A stretch of DNA of 64,000 nt from Octopus vulgaris (GCA_951406725.2 OX597822.1:28024001-28088000), one strand, 5' to 3'. Shown: positions 42,030 through 55,407, counted from the first letter of the stretch. Notes: generated from the letters alone by a model not told the origin. Numbers and translations: made by a program.

Positions 42030-43025
42030 AAAAAGGGGGAAATATATTTCTATCGCGATAAAAACATACCAAACCATTTAATGCAAATAAAATTAGAAGG
42101 AACAAAAATACGCGGGGAAAAAAGCATAAAAAGTGCCTACATGGGTTTTAATCTGGTCATTAGGTGAACAGTGTTTCAGATCCGCAGGATTCGAACTATG
42201 TTAAGAGTTCTGAAGAAAAAACTCAGTATAATTAAATATCATCAGGGCTATTTCATACGAAAAGCGAATGCTTCCATATTTTCTCAAAGGAATTCAGATT
42301 GGAAGTAAAAAAAAACATACTGAATAAGATACATGAGAACCGTATACTAATATATGCAAACGACGTAAACATTAAGTTGTTAGAAAGGATGGGACGTCAA
42401 AGGGGTTAGTAGTGGAGATATTAGCTAATCCAATAGTGCTAAAGGACTATGATGGATTTGAAAAGTACATGGTTTTAGATATTGGGGGACATTATGTAAT
42501 CAATTAAAGAGAATATAAACGATTAGGGTTTGTGAGGGGCATTATGCAATTAAAGTAAGATATTATGAAGAGGTTAAGTAAATAGAATTAATTAGAGAAG
42601 AGTGAGAGGTAAGAAAATAAAAATATAGAGAGGAATAAATTTTATCTAGGGGAAAATGACGGAATAGGAATAAAATAAGGGGCGTTATTAAATTGCATGA
42701 AAATTGACTAAATAATAATAATGATAATATACAATACATGTAATATAAATATTCTAATTTTTTTATTCTTTTACTTGTTTCAGTCATTTTTACAGCTGCC
42801 ATGCTGGAACAAATCGACACCAGGACATATTCTTTGTACGCCTGTTACTTATTCTATAGGTCTCTTTTGCTGAGCCGCTAAATACTCGTAAGCATTTCTA
42901 TTGACGATGATTCTGCCGAAACTGTAGTGGTATTGATGTTCTTGCTTAAATATGAAGAAAGATGCTCACCTATCTACACAAGCGAATACAAATACGTGCA
43001 TGCGTGTACATACATACATACATAC

Positions 43026-43085
<60 letters not shown>

Positions 43086-43127
43086 GTATATATATAAACA
43101 CATATGTATATATATGTATATATACGT

Positions 43128-43162
<35 letters not shown>

Positions 43163-43244
43163 TTCAGATACACAGGCAGCCACACACACACATGCACACA
43201 TACACACACACACTCACAAACGCGCACACACTCTCTCTCACCAG

Positions 43245-43725
43245 ACAATAATGAAAAGAAATCCTGACAATTTTTTGAAAAATAACATTTATCAAGACCC
43301 CCTTGGAGTAGCCACCTGGTTTTGCCATTTCTAAAGGCCAAGAATCACTTTCTATTGAAAGAACTGACCAGCCGTATAGAAGTAAACTCAATTTTCTTCT
43401 TTCTCTCTCACGTCATCCTTTCCTTCTCTTTTCCATGGACCCCTCTTTCAGATACAAAGGCACGCGAGCGCTCTCTCTCTCTCTCTCTCTCACTTTCTCC
43501 CCATTCCTCACTCTTTTTACTATCCTATATCTCTCTCCACCCCTACACACTCAATAATACTATAAAAAGAGACAAATCTCCTGAAAAAATTCAATCTGAA
43601 GAATCCACTAGATTGGATACAAGAGCTGTTATATGATTTATATAACCATGTGACATATTGATAAAAATCTATAAATATAAAACCATCTAGATTTCTGAGT
43701 ACCTTATTTCTTCTAATATATAATA
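43245..43725 (+). mobile_element. PLE-like 3' fragment with decayed hammerhead (43596-43630)
   Basis: CTGAAGA-ATCC(actagatt)GGAT-acaa-gagctg-tt after a pyrimidine-rich tract. Confidence 0.4.
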
Positions 43726-43727
43726 CC

Positions 43728-44550
43728 TTGCGAAGATGATCCGGTTCTTGACTGAAGATCGAAGGCTTCGAATGTCCCGTCCGTTTTTTTTTTTTTTGTA
43801 TCGTCTTCTAAATGTTTTGCGTTCTTGTCCCAGTTTGTGTTTTTTTACATTTACCTATTATATGGCGGCGCCCGTACTCCATTTTGATATTGTATGTAAA
43901 ATATATTTTCTCTCTAATACATGGTACGACTCTATACACTGTCTCTCTCTCTTCCCCTCTCCTACATTTCTCTGCCTTTCACACTTTGCACTCCACTTTG
44001 ACCCGTCTCTTTCTCTCTTCCTCTGTCCCGCTTTTCTCCCCTCTCTTCTCACACATGACTAACTTTGGACTGCTGTCCTGCCTTTTCATGATCAACGGCC
44101 GTATAGGCTAGACACATTTTTTCTCCTCTCTTCGCCTTCAGGCATTTTTTCAATGCGCCAGCTCAAAGTTCACCCGTCCTGTCGAAAAGACGCATGTCTG
44201 TGACGTCCTGTTTTTGTTATTATTATTATCATTATTTTTTTTACGTATTTTCGTATTCTTATTCGTGTTATCATTATTAATTTTACGTATTTTTGTATTC
44301 TTATTCGTTCCCGTCCTTGTTTTGAATGCATTCGAGGCTTTCTTCCAAGGAATCTAATGCGCTTGGCTTAGATTTTTCCTTTGGGGCTGGCCAGGTCGGA
44401 GCAATCTCAAGATTAATCAGCCGAAATTGCGAAGATGATCCAGTTCTTGACTGAAGATCGAAGGCTTCGAATGTCCCGTCCGTTTTTTTTGTATCGTCTT
44501 CTAAATGTTTTGCGTTCTTGTCCCAGTTTGTGTTTTTTTACATTTACCTA
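43728..44550 (+). mobile_element. Non-coding element bounded by ~125-bp direct repeats (43728-43857 / 44427-44550); pLTR/retrozyme-like
   Basis: Near-identical repeats 699 bp apart, ending at (TA)n. Confidence 0.65.
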
Positions 44551-44557
44551 ATATATA

Positions 44558-44620
<63 letters not shown>

Positions 44621-44737
44621 GTACATACATCGATGCATACATATATTCTGGCCGAAATCAGATCGCCATGTTGATTCGTTTGCTACTGCACGCATTTTTT
44701 TCTCTCCTTCTTTCTGTGTTTTTTTTCTCTCTGTGTA

Positions 44738-44775
44738 TCTTTCTGTTGAAGAGCGTAGGCTCGAAACGTTAAAGA
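44738..44775 (+). ncRNA. Minimal type I hammerhead-like motif in a PLE pLTR fragment (about 44645-44875)
   Basis: TCTTT-CTGTTGA-A-GAGC(gtag)GCTC-GAAAC-GTT-AAAGA; 5-bp stem I, palindromic ACGT stem III. Confidence 0.62.
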
Positions 44776-44872
44776 CTTGTTTTATTTATATTTCCTGAGC
44801 GCCATACTAATACAATTGTTCGTTTTTTTTCCACCTGCCTTCGTCTTTTGTTTATTTTCATAAAGCTTCCCG

Positions 44873-44974
<102 letters not shown>

Positions 44975-44983
44975 CAGACAAAC

Positions 44984-45068
<85 letters not shown>

Positions 45069-45704
45069 CGTACATATACAAACGCTCGTGAATATATATA
45101 CATATATTTGAAAAATATATAAGAAAAGGCGTAAAGGAAAGGCGAAAGTTTTACATACGTGGATGAATAAAAATAATGAAAATTAGCGTGTAAAATGAAT
45201 AAAATGAAAGAATAATCATTTATACATTCCATCCAATCCTTCAAAAAGGATGAACAATGATATTTTCTTCAGCTTCTGCTTGGATATCTGCACCATCTCA
45301 TTTTGCTGTACTTTGGAATACACCATTCCATTCTATCTATATTGTTTTACATTCAGATTAATCTCTCTTCTTGGTTGGGGAAGATGATAATGACAGGCAA
45401 AACCACTTGCTTATTGATACGAAATATGTTAATTTATTCTTTATTTCACATTCAAATGTTGTTTAATTCCATTATGTCTTACTCACTGATCTTTCTCTAA
45501 CGTGAAATTAAAATCTATGAACATCTTTTCGACCTGTTAGGTTGCAGATCGAAGTGAACCGTTTTGTTGTTGCTTAATAAATCATGAAATTTCTCTTACC
45601 TGTCCTTCAAATGAGTTTAAGGATATTTTGAGAATATATAACAGAATAAGGTTTATTTCAATACCGCATAGCATATATCATAAAAAATACACACATACAC
45701 ACAC

Positions 45705-45755
<51 letters not shown>

Positions 45756-46389
45756 AATGAATATATATGTATATACATTATATATATAATGCACACACTA
45801 CACACACGTATGCATAGATATAGAAATACATATATATATTATATGTGTGATTGCTCCAATTAAACAGATGATTGCTGTCTGTTTGTGCCTCACCGTTGTG
45901 AATGGCATTTCTGATTTTCCGTCCTTGTCTTCTAAAATGACAATTCAGTCCCTTTGAATTATTGGTAACACGAAAGTTGAAACATACAATGCGATTCTAA
46001 GGCGTTAGGTCTGTAGACGTCACCATGGGAATTTCAGTGGTGGCAAATGAATTTACAGGAATTTAAAGAAGTTTAACGTTAAAAAATTGCATGAGGAATA
46101 TTTTCATGATATCCGGCATGAAATAATGGCTACTAAGAGCAAAGCTGTTTTCGAAAATATATTTTATACTTGCGAAAATAATTATTGAGTACTTTTACGT
46201 TCAATTTATAAAGGCTACACTCAGTTTGACACAGAAATATATCTACACCAGACGAGAGTACTATCAATGAATGGCATAGTGTGGGCCTCAATGATAAACG
46301 GAACAGACGAAGCTGAGATGCAGACAAATGATGACTCAGTTAAGGATCTCAACTCAATTATCAAAATCTATGAATTGTTGACGTTGTTT

Positions 46390-46685
46390 GTTCCTTCGCG
46401 AGTCACGTCTGGCTCATAAGGGGAAGTTTTTCGGTTTCATTGGCGTATAGGTTCCCCACCTGGACGGGATACCGGTCCGTCGCAGGTGAGCTGCTAGATG
46501 CAGGAGGAAAGAGTAAGAGAAATTTGTGGCGAAAGAGTCAGTAGAAATTCGCCATTACTTTCTGCCGGAGCCGTGTAGAACATAGGTGTTTCACTCATAA
46601 ACACGCACTTCGCCCGGTCTGAGATTCGAACCTGAGATCCATCGACTGCGAGTCCGCTGATCTAACCATCAGGTCATGTGCCTCC
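46390..46685 (-). mobile_element. SINE family D variant (tRNA-like head, V-like core)
   Basis: Minus-strand B box ggttcgaatctc; ctgcgacggaccggtatcccgtccagg; head shared with 62875-63032. Confidence 0.75.
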
Positions 46686-46904
46686 GCATCTATGAAGATG
46701 GATGTATAAAATGATTTATGCATATCTTAATATATAGAGAGCAATACAAGTCAAGGATATATTAAAAATGCACTCAGCTTGTATAGGGAGATGCAGAAAA
46801 ATCAGATGAAAGAAAAATCGAAACGGAGGTTAGTTTTAGAAAATATAAGAAAACAAAATGTAAATTCGCTTCACATTTTATTTTAATTCAATAATATATC
46901 TTTT

Positions 46905-47215
46905 TAATTATTTCAGTCATAAGACTGTGGCCATACTGGGGGAAGGGGCGGATTGAAGAATTTTAGTCGAATGAATCGTCCCTAGTACTTTTTAAAGCCT
47001 AGTATTTATTCTATCGATCTCTTTTGCTGAACTGCTAGATTAGAGGGACGTAAACATACTAACATCGGTTCCCAGCAGTGGTGGTGGAACAAACATAGAC
47101 ACCCACACACAAACACACACACACACACTACTCAGGAGTCTATAGAAGACACTTACCCAAGGTGTCATGCAGTGAGAATGAACCTGGTACTATGTGGTTG
47201 GGAAGCAAGCTTCTT
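46905..47215 (-). mobile_element. SINE family A split by the retroelement; its 5' end lies at 49182-49213
   Basis: Head reads continuously once 47216-49181 and one TSD copy are removed. Confidence 0.8.
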
Positions 47216-49181
47216 TATTTCATTAAATTTGCCACAAGGGCAGTACACAGAGAGACGCTTGAGGGCTAGACAGAGACATTAATGGGATGAATGATGATGA
47301 TATATGGATGATAAGGATGGGAGAAGACGAAAAGCGCCCGCCGACTTTCGCTTCTCTAAAACATTGTTCTTTTTTACTTTTTTATTAAAAACACAATGAG
47401 GCAATAAACCTCTTACACAGTTCAAAATTAAAATTAAAACACAAACACGAGGTAATAATCCTCTCACTTTTTACATTTTTAGTCTCTTTTTGAGGTAATA
47501 CACCTCTTCAATTTTTCCGCCCGGCCAGGCTCCTCGCTTCATCGAAGCACCTGTTCCGTTCCGAACTTAAAGGTTTCAACATAAATATGAAGGTGTCCTT
47601 TGGGAAGGAGTTCGTTATCTTCCATAGATCGTTCTCCCATAAGACCTCCGCAGCCACCTGCGAAGGCCACTCAGGGTCCTCCGTGTAGGACAGAAGCCCC
47701 TCCCACCGGCACTTCCTTTCAATGTTTTGGATTTCATTTTGCAAGGTTCCTCCCTTGTGGAAGAGGACCAAAAATTCCTCCTCCAGCAGCACACCCGCCA
47801 AAGGAGAATCGGGACACGCCGGCAGCGTGTCACAACCTGCCGGCAATGCCCCGTTTTTCTTTTTTCTTTTCTTTTTCCCTTGGGCTGCGGGAGGGTGGTG
47901 TTCCCTTGCTGTGTCCAGTAGGTCCTCCTTTTCTCCCGTAGCTCTCGGGTTTTTCACCTTTCGCTTTCGTTTTTTCGAGGAGGTGGAAACCTCCTCGGCA
48001 TCCTCCTCCTTCTCTCCCTCCATTGAGGGAGCAGCAAGTGGTTCCTCTGTAAACTGCTCCAGGATCCTATTTTGGTCATTGGGGCGGTTTTTCTTGATGT
48101 GGCCGGTCTTCAGGCACAGGTGACACTTGGGTGGGGGGCGTCCCTCGAGCATCACCGGATACCTAGATCCGGCCATCCTCAAAAAATCTGGGAAAACCAG
48201 ACTTTCGGCTGATTGGGTCCATAGGGTCAACACAGCTTTTGACCCCTCCCAATCAGCCGCAGGCAAAATTTTTACGTTGAGCAGCTTGGTACTGCTACCA
48301 CCCAGACCCCGGCGGATAGAGTATGGGTGGGCTCAACTCCGGGTGGCAAACCGCAGATCCAAGCTTTCAATAATTTCTTTCCACAGTAGCTTGGAAGAAA
48401 CATTATTTCCTTCCCCTCAAGGGGCCGGCTTGCAAAATTGCAAGCTTCTTTGGGGGAGTCAAATAGCAATCAGACCGTTGCAAATTTGACTCCCCGTGAA
48501 ATAAATTTAATAGCTGGCATGTATTTTGCCAGCTCTTTCAAAATTGTGGCTTTCGGGAAGACGGTTATGGTATCGAGCAATTTTAAATAAGTCCTCAACA
48601 CCACCGTCTTCCTTTCGAGCTCTTTTAGCCACTAATATTTCCTTTGCCATTTTTTTTAAATAAAAAGTTCAAATATAGTTCGTCAATACATTTTCAAATA
48701 AAGTAAGATACACAAAAAAAGAAAGAAGGCACAACAGAAGGGAAGAAAAAATAAAAGTAACAGTTCAAATAAAGTTCTTTTTTTTTTTAAATAAATGATA
48801 GCTGTGAAAAGAGAGTTCAAATCCAGGCAAAGAAATACATTTTCGGCCGAAAGGTACTCCTGGCCAATTCTTTTAATCTACGTGGGCACAAAAATTTTCA
48901 AATACAATTTCTCACAACTATGTGAGACAACACACACATCTCCGCCGCAAGGCAGACAAAAAGCTTCGAATTCAGTAAGGACTCCCTGCCTGTTCAAGAA
49001 ATTAAAACCAACAGGCAACAAATCCTACCGGACTCAAAAAGCAAAAAGTCTTACCTTACAGCGTCTTTCAGTTCAACTTTCGCCAGCTGCATGCCAGCGT
49101 GACAACTTTTAACAGGTGCTGTTTTTGTTCTTTTTTCTTTTTAGGACGGAGCTCAGACCGAGACGTCCTCTCAGTTCAAAC
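47216..49181 (-). mobile_element. ORF1-only (HAL1-like) non-autonomous L1/Tx1-type retroelement with 15-bp TSD
   Basis: TSD GGAAGCAAGCTTCTT at 47201-47215 and 49182-49196; ORF1 relic; no EN/RT; ends ...aatgaaata. Confidence 0.85.
47508..48650 (-). pseudogene. Disrupted ORF1 (RRM-like + zinc knuckle CHLCLKTGHIKKNR) of the above element
   Basis: ATG at 48650, with frameshifts and a stop; ELERKTVV...KFATV*LLFDSPKEA...PSYCGKK...WEGSK...LEGRPPPKCHLC homologous to 163-1923. Confidence 0.82.
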
Positions 49182-50250
49182 GGAAGCAAGCTTCTTACCA
49201 GACACTCACGCCTCTGCACAATAAAATTGCTTTCCTTCTTTATCTATAAAAGCCTCTATATATTTTCTCGTATAGGACTTCAGAAAATTGAAAGTTTAGA
49301 GCTAATCTAAGCCAAGACAACTACAAATTACAGACTTTACCTGAATACCATAGTTTCGAATATTGCTGTTTATTCTGGATATGCATTAACTGCAAAAATT
49401 GCTGCCCATTCGAGCAGATTATTGACGCAGTAACTGGAAGATTTCCAATGTAAAATTATATTGGTCATTATAAGTGAAAACTTGAAACGGTCTCAAATAA
49501 CATATCTGTAGCTAGTCGGACGCACTTTTCTTCTATGGATTTCATTCTCGGAGTTAATAGGCGCATGAATGGCTGTAATGTTGCGAAGTCTGTATCGCAA
49601 CACTATTATTTGGGGCGTTAACCAACTACTCGGTAATTTGAACAAATGTCGGTTTCTATAGCCCATAGCTTCACGTTCACTAATTTCTTATGAGTGAAAT
49701 ATGTTAAACAGAAACTTTTTGAAAAGCCGTCAAAAGACTGGTTTAACATCATCATCAAACCTTCAAGTGCCTTAATATAGTTCCGGGCGTGTGTGTCTGT
49801 CTGTCTGTCTGTCTGCCTCCCATCTTTCTTTCTCTCTCTCTCTATCTCTCTGATGGAAATGTTAGTGTCGAATTTCTGGACTGAGGATATATTCCTACTC
49901 ACTTCTTGTAAACATTGGAAACTCTGAAAGTGTTCGTCTGTAGCATTATTTTGCCTCTGAGTTGAATCACTGAAAAAGGAAAAAAAAATATAACGGGTCG
50001 ATATAATATAAAATGGTCGTATGTCTAGAAAGACATTCGTATTTTCTTCTCAAATTTCGGAAAATGTTTTGCAATTTACAAATCTTGCTAAAAACAAAAC
50101 ACATTGCCTTCTAGTTACAATCGATATCAATTCCACATTCAAAGGAATATAATCTAATCCCTGCACACATTTTTCTACACTTCTTCCCGAGCGTTAAACT
50201 AATGCATCTGCTTGTTGTTCCTTCACCTATCTTCGTCTTTTCTTTTCAGC

Positions 50251-50281
<31 letters not shown>

Positions 50282-50339
50282 ATTTTGGAAGAGATCTGCA
50301 GATGTACATTTTGGGAATAACAAGGTACAGTTCCATATT

Positions 50340-51130
50340 TAAGGAATTATACACCCTCCAGCCTTCATCAGGTGTAAATTTTGGGAAATTTCTCATTCCT
50401 ACGATATGTTGTTATTATTATTATTCAGGTCACTGTCTCGGAATCTTGGGGTTAGTAGCACGCGCTCTTAACCACTACGCCATACGTCCGTGGGCAAATA
50501 TGGAGTGAATTTGAGTGCTTATAAATCTAATATTCTCCTATCCTTCCTTAATATCGGTTCCCATATGCTGTTCATATCTGCACTCTGTCTACTTAGGAGG
50601 TTGTGTCCTAGCATATGTGCTGCTTCTTTTAGTTTGTACGAGTATTGGTAAGTTTGATCGTATAACGTGGAAAATGTTGGTTATTCCAGGCCTGTGTGTA
50701 TTAATGGAATAGTATGTTCCTTGCGTTTTTTCTTTTTTTGGAGTCCTTAGTCGTATGATGTCTAATTTCATTGCTTTCCAGATTCCATTATTTATTAGTT
50801 TCACGGGGAAATTTTGTACTTGTAGGAAGTATTTGAGTTAGTCAAGTCTTATTTGGCGTATTTGTGGGCCGATCACTACGGTGCAGATGCGTCTTGCCAT
50901 ACTGTATGGGATGTCCCTTTTGACGTATGAGGAGTGGTAAAATTAGAAATTTGAATAATGGTCTGTGTCCGTTTCTTTAGTAAAATGTGTTTGTTGTAAC
51001 AGTGGAGATGTGTATTTCGATGTGAATGGCTAGAAATGGTAGTTCATTGCAGCTGGTTTCTGTTGTGAATTTGATAGACGGGATAAGCGTGTTGAGGATA
51101 TTGTGAAATGTTCGTAGTTCTTCTTTTGAT
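50340..51130 (-). pseudogene. Penelope-like RT fragment with truncated hammerhead (CTGATGA at 50371-50365)
   Basis: FHNILNTLIPSIKFTTETSCNELPFL...KRDIPYSMARRICTVV are PLE RT/thumb motifs. Confidence 0.8.
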
Positions 51131-51579
51131 CTATTCCTCTAAGTGGAAAACAAAAAACAACATATTGAATTTTAATCAAAGAAGTGTGACCACACTGATA
51201 CAAAAGCCACTCCCTCCTTTACCTCCCCTTCCTCTCAAACTTTTTCTTTTTTTCTTTTTTCTCCCTTCCCAAAATCCCAAAACACACTCCCACTTGCTTT
51301 CCTCTTCTCGATCTTCACAACCTCCCACTCTCACCTCCTCTCTCATAGCTGCACTGCTCTTTCTAATTTATTCCCCTCTCTCTCTCTCTCCCGCCCCTCT
51401 ATCCCTCTCCCCCCACTCTTTCCCTCTGTCTCTCTACCTTTCTAAAATATCATCAGTTTCAAATTTATATAAAAAAAGACGAAGCAAACTTACTGTAAAC
51501 CACAATTTTGATAAATCCAAAAGAAAACGCATAAAATGTAAATAAATATATATATATAAGCATTCAACATTCTGACTAC

Positions 51580-51622
<43 letters not shown>

Positions 51623-51624
<2 letters not shown>

Positions 51625-52079
51625 CGCAGGAGTTGCTGTGTGGTATGTAGATTGCCTACCAACCACATGGTTCCGGGTTCAGTCCCACTACGTGGGACCT
51701 TGGGCAAGTGTCTTTAACTATAGCCTCGGGTTCAGTCCCACTTTGGGCAAGTGCCTTCTGCCATAGCCTCGGGCCGACCAAAGCCTTGTGAATGGATTTG
51801 GTAGACGGAAACCGAAAGAAGCCTGTCGTATATATGTATGTATATATACATGTATGTGTATTTATATGTTTGTGTGTCTGTGTTTGTCCCCCCAACATCG
51901 CTTGACAACCGATGCTGGTGTATTTACGTCCCCGTAACATAGCGGTTCGGCACAAGAGACCGATAGAATAAGTACTAGGCTTACAAAGAATAAGTCCTAG
52001 GGTCGCTTTGCTCGACTAAAGGCGGTGCTCCAGCATGGCCACAGTCAAATGACTGAAATAAGTAAAAGAGAATAAAAGA
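51623..52079 (+). mobile_element. SINE family A with internal duplication of the B-box segment
   Basis: gggttcagtcccact...ttgggcaagtg...atagcctcggg occurs twice. Confidence 0.9.
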
Positions 52080-52087
52080 TATATATA

Positions 52088-52123
<36 letters not shown>

Positions 52124-53461
52124 TATGTATATATATATATATCTTTTATTCTCTTTTACTTGTTTCAGTCAAATATGTATGTATGTATGTGTGTATGTAT
52201 GTATGTATGTATGTATGTATGTATGTATGTATGTATGTATGTATGTATGTATGTGTGTGTATATATATATACATAAGATACATCTATAGCGTGGCGAATA
52301 TTCGTTATAAATATCACCACCAGTGGCTTAGCATATATAAATAGTCAAGAGACAACATATTCCTATTTTAAAATAGAAAATTACCCTTTAAGAGGTAATT
52401 TTTACATGCTAATAACAGGTATGTATGTACATATATACGTTTTCTAAATTAGGATTAGGCTAAATTTGAAAGTTTTAAATTGGTCGACATACTATCAATA
52501 ACTTTTTGCACGCCCAATACATTGAGTGCTCGTTTCTGGTTGCATGTTTCTGGTTGCTGGAAACATGTTATGTCTATTTTAATGATGAATTTTGACAATG
52601 TCAAGGGAGATTATTCTTTTGCTACATGACACATGTATTGTCTAGATGAAGAAATCTTTCTTACCCACTCACTTTGTTTAAATTGTCGGTAGAACGCATT
52701 TTTAATAGCGTCCGGTTCCGTTCTGAATTTAGCTTAAATATAGCGTCTCAAAAGAGGAAAGATGCTGGAATAATTTGCTGTTATTTTCCTTGTGATGCAA
52801 TAAGGACAAAAGCGTTTCAAGAGAATTATAATCAAAGCTATATCCTTCAAAATTTTCCCATGTATGATAATTAAATAAGTGAAGTGAAAAGGTTCCGAAC
52901 AGGAAATGAATACTTCTTAAACCATACGTCAGCAACACAGGAAATTAACATCGCTTCGTAGCAGATGATAGACACTTCAAGTTAAAAATCACAAAAATAT
53001 ATTATCCCACCTTTCCACAGTAGGCATTCATTTACAGTAAAGTACAAATACTTCGATAAACCACTTGAGATCACTTTTTTTTAATATATTTTAGTCGCGA
53101 CATTCTATGTATAGTATCATCCTAAAATTAGCTTTATATCTTAAAGCAGCTCACAATGGCGCCAGGCAAATTCTGATAGACGATCAATGTAGTAACTACA
53201 CCTATTTATAAATTTTTGACTGTCTGGTGATTTAGAGAGTTATCAAATATTAATTCAAAGTCCGACATTCGCACTCAGAATATAATTTATATTCTCGGGA
53301 AAACTTTAAGATTTATAACCCGACACCGTTATTGTTTTCGGTGACCTTATTTAAGATAAATTGCATTTGTATCATACAGAGACGCTAATAATATATGTGT
53401 ACCAGTACACATGCTTATATATGTGTTGGGGGTGTAAAGATATATATCAAATATGTATATA

Positions 53462-53625
53462 GGCGCAGGCGTGGCTGCGTGGTAAAAAGCTTGCTTCCCA
53501 ACCGCATGATTCCAGGTTTTGCCCCATTGCATGGCACCTTGGGCAAGTGTTTTATACTATAGCCTCGGATTGACCAAAGCCTTGTGAATGGATTTATTAG
53601 TCGGAAACTGAAAGAAATCTGTCGT
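53462..53625 (+). mobile_element. SINE family A 5' half
   Basis: Head through ggaaactgaaagaa. Confidence 0.85.
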
Positions 53626-53626
53626 G

Positions 53627-53680
<54 letters not shown>

Positions 53681-54829
53681 GTCACTTGACGAGCAGAAGA
53701 CTCCATTAAACTATATATTTGTGTCTTGGCTAACTTTAAACGTGGCTTTTTAGCTCACCTTAACTCATTTACATTCTTTAAAACCAATAATTCTCCCTCA
53801 CTAGCTAGCCATGTACACAACCTAAAGAATAAAAGTACCTCATATTATTCCTTAGTGGACTCATAATCGTAAGACCGGGTGATACATTTTGTTCCTTAAC
53901 GAAGCACTTTTCTTTTTTGCGCCAGTTCACTCAGCTGGCAAAAATGAGTAATCCTGCGACGGAACGCCACAGGAACCGGGAAACTAGCCTTGACAACCAG
54001 TGTAAGGCTTGTTCGGCAAAAAGAGACTGATGGAATAAGTAGCAGTCTTAACATATGTACAGGGTGGATTTCATGGACTGAAGTTTCAAGGCAGATCAGC
54101 AAGTATAGTCTAAGTCCAATAATTAAATCAAGCAAGTGACCGGAAGCATAAAAGAATAACAAATAACAGCAGTTAGATCGATGGATGGATGGATGGATGT
54201 ATGGATACATGTCCAAGACCAGAACCCAAAAGTAACTGCCGTTTTTGTTATTCTGCTTTGGTTAACATTAAAAAGGGATGGCATCTTTGCACTCACAATT
54301 CCACTTTCACTTATTTGGTCTACATTGTATCAGAAATAAGAAATTAAAATCTGCTATTTGTAACGACGACGTGGTCAATCAACCGATTGACTTGACGTAA
54401 ATGACCTTTGCTTTCTTCAGTATTATAGATGAACCAATATTCCATTGCTGTCAGAAATTATAGATATTTTCAATTATATTCTTCTGATAAGTTTTACTGC
54501 TGTCAAAAGTTGTATTTTGTCTCTTTTAATAGAGGTTTTCTTTTTCTTTTTCTGCACGCTTTGGGAATCTATTTTTGCTAAATGATTTTTGCATCAAAAT
54601 ATCGGAAAAGTATATATATAAAAAAAAAGGAAACGAAGATCACATCCAGTATTTTCTTGATATTTTTTATTATAAGAAAGCTTTTGATAACGTTAAAATT
54701 ACATTTAAATTTCCTTAGTGGTACCAGATATGTCAATAAGTTTCTAATACTGATTATTCACCCTTGCATAAGCAATATAAAGAAAACAATATAAATGCCT
54801 GCCGTGCTAACGATTCTTCTAGTTCGCAG

Positions 54830-55380
54830 TATTATTATAATTAGTATTATTATTCAGTAGTGTTATTTTTATCACGTGTTTTCACTCCACTACCGAGCGC
54901 AGCTCTACGCCATGGTTATATACTGTGGTTTGTTGTAGTGCTCTTAAATTCACTCTTCTGAAATTGCTTTACGTAGGCTGTATGCGGTGCCTAGTAGTGC
55001 TATTTTCTGTATGCTATATGTACTTGTGAGCCATGGTGTTTTGTTATCTATTTGTCTGAATATTTTGTACCTAATGTGCCTACAATAATAGGAATTGATT
55101 TTGTCTTTAGGTTCCACATTCGAGTTAGCTCTATTTCCAAATCTTTGTAGTTTGAAAGTTTATCCATTTCTTTTAGAGAAACGTTGTCATCTGTTAGTCT
55201 TGATACATCGATTAGGGAGCATTCTTTGATTTTTTGTTAATGATCTCTGACAACTATATCCGGCCTATTAACCTTGATTTCCCTGCCTGTGTATATTGAC
55301 ATATCCCAGAGTATGGTTGCTTTCTCATTTTTTGTGACCTTTCCTGAGGTGTGCCCATACCAACTTTTTTCTGTTGTTAT
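54830..55380 (-). mobile_element. R4/Dong-clade LINE 3' fragment
   Basis: ILWDM...NRPDIVVRD...IDVS...KLSNYKDLEIELTRMWNL...IPIIVGTLG...ALLGTA; TAT/AAT repeats at both ends. Confidence 0.88.
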
Positions 55381-55407
55381 TCCATTATTATTAATGTTGT
55401 TATTGTT

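Noticed and set aside
47600-48489. Plus-strand ORFs (also 3-872)
   Set aside because: Antisense shadows of ORF1 sequences.
49335-49440. Minus-strand exon with CAG|GTAAAG donor
   Set aside because: Translates as NNLLEW...stop, matching the CR1 3' end motif NNSLLEW; more likely a LINE relic.
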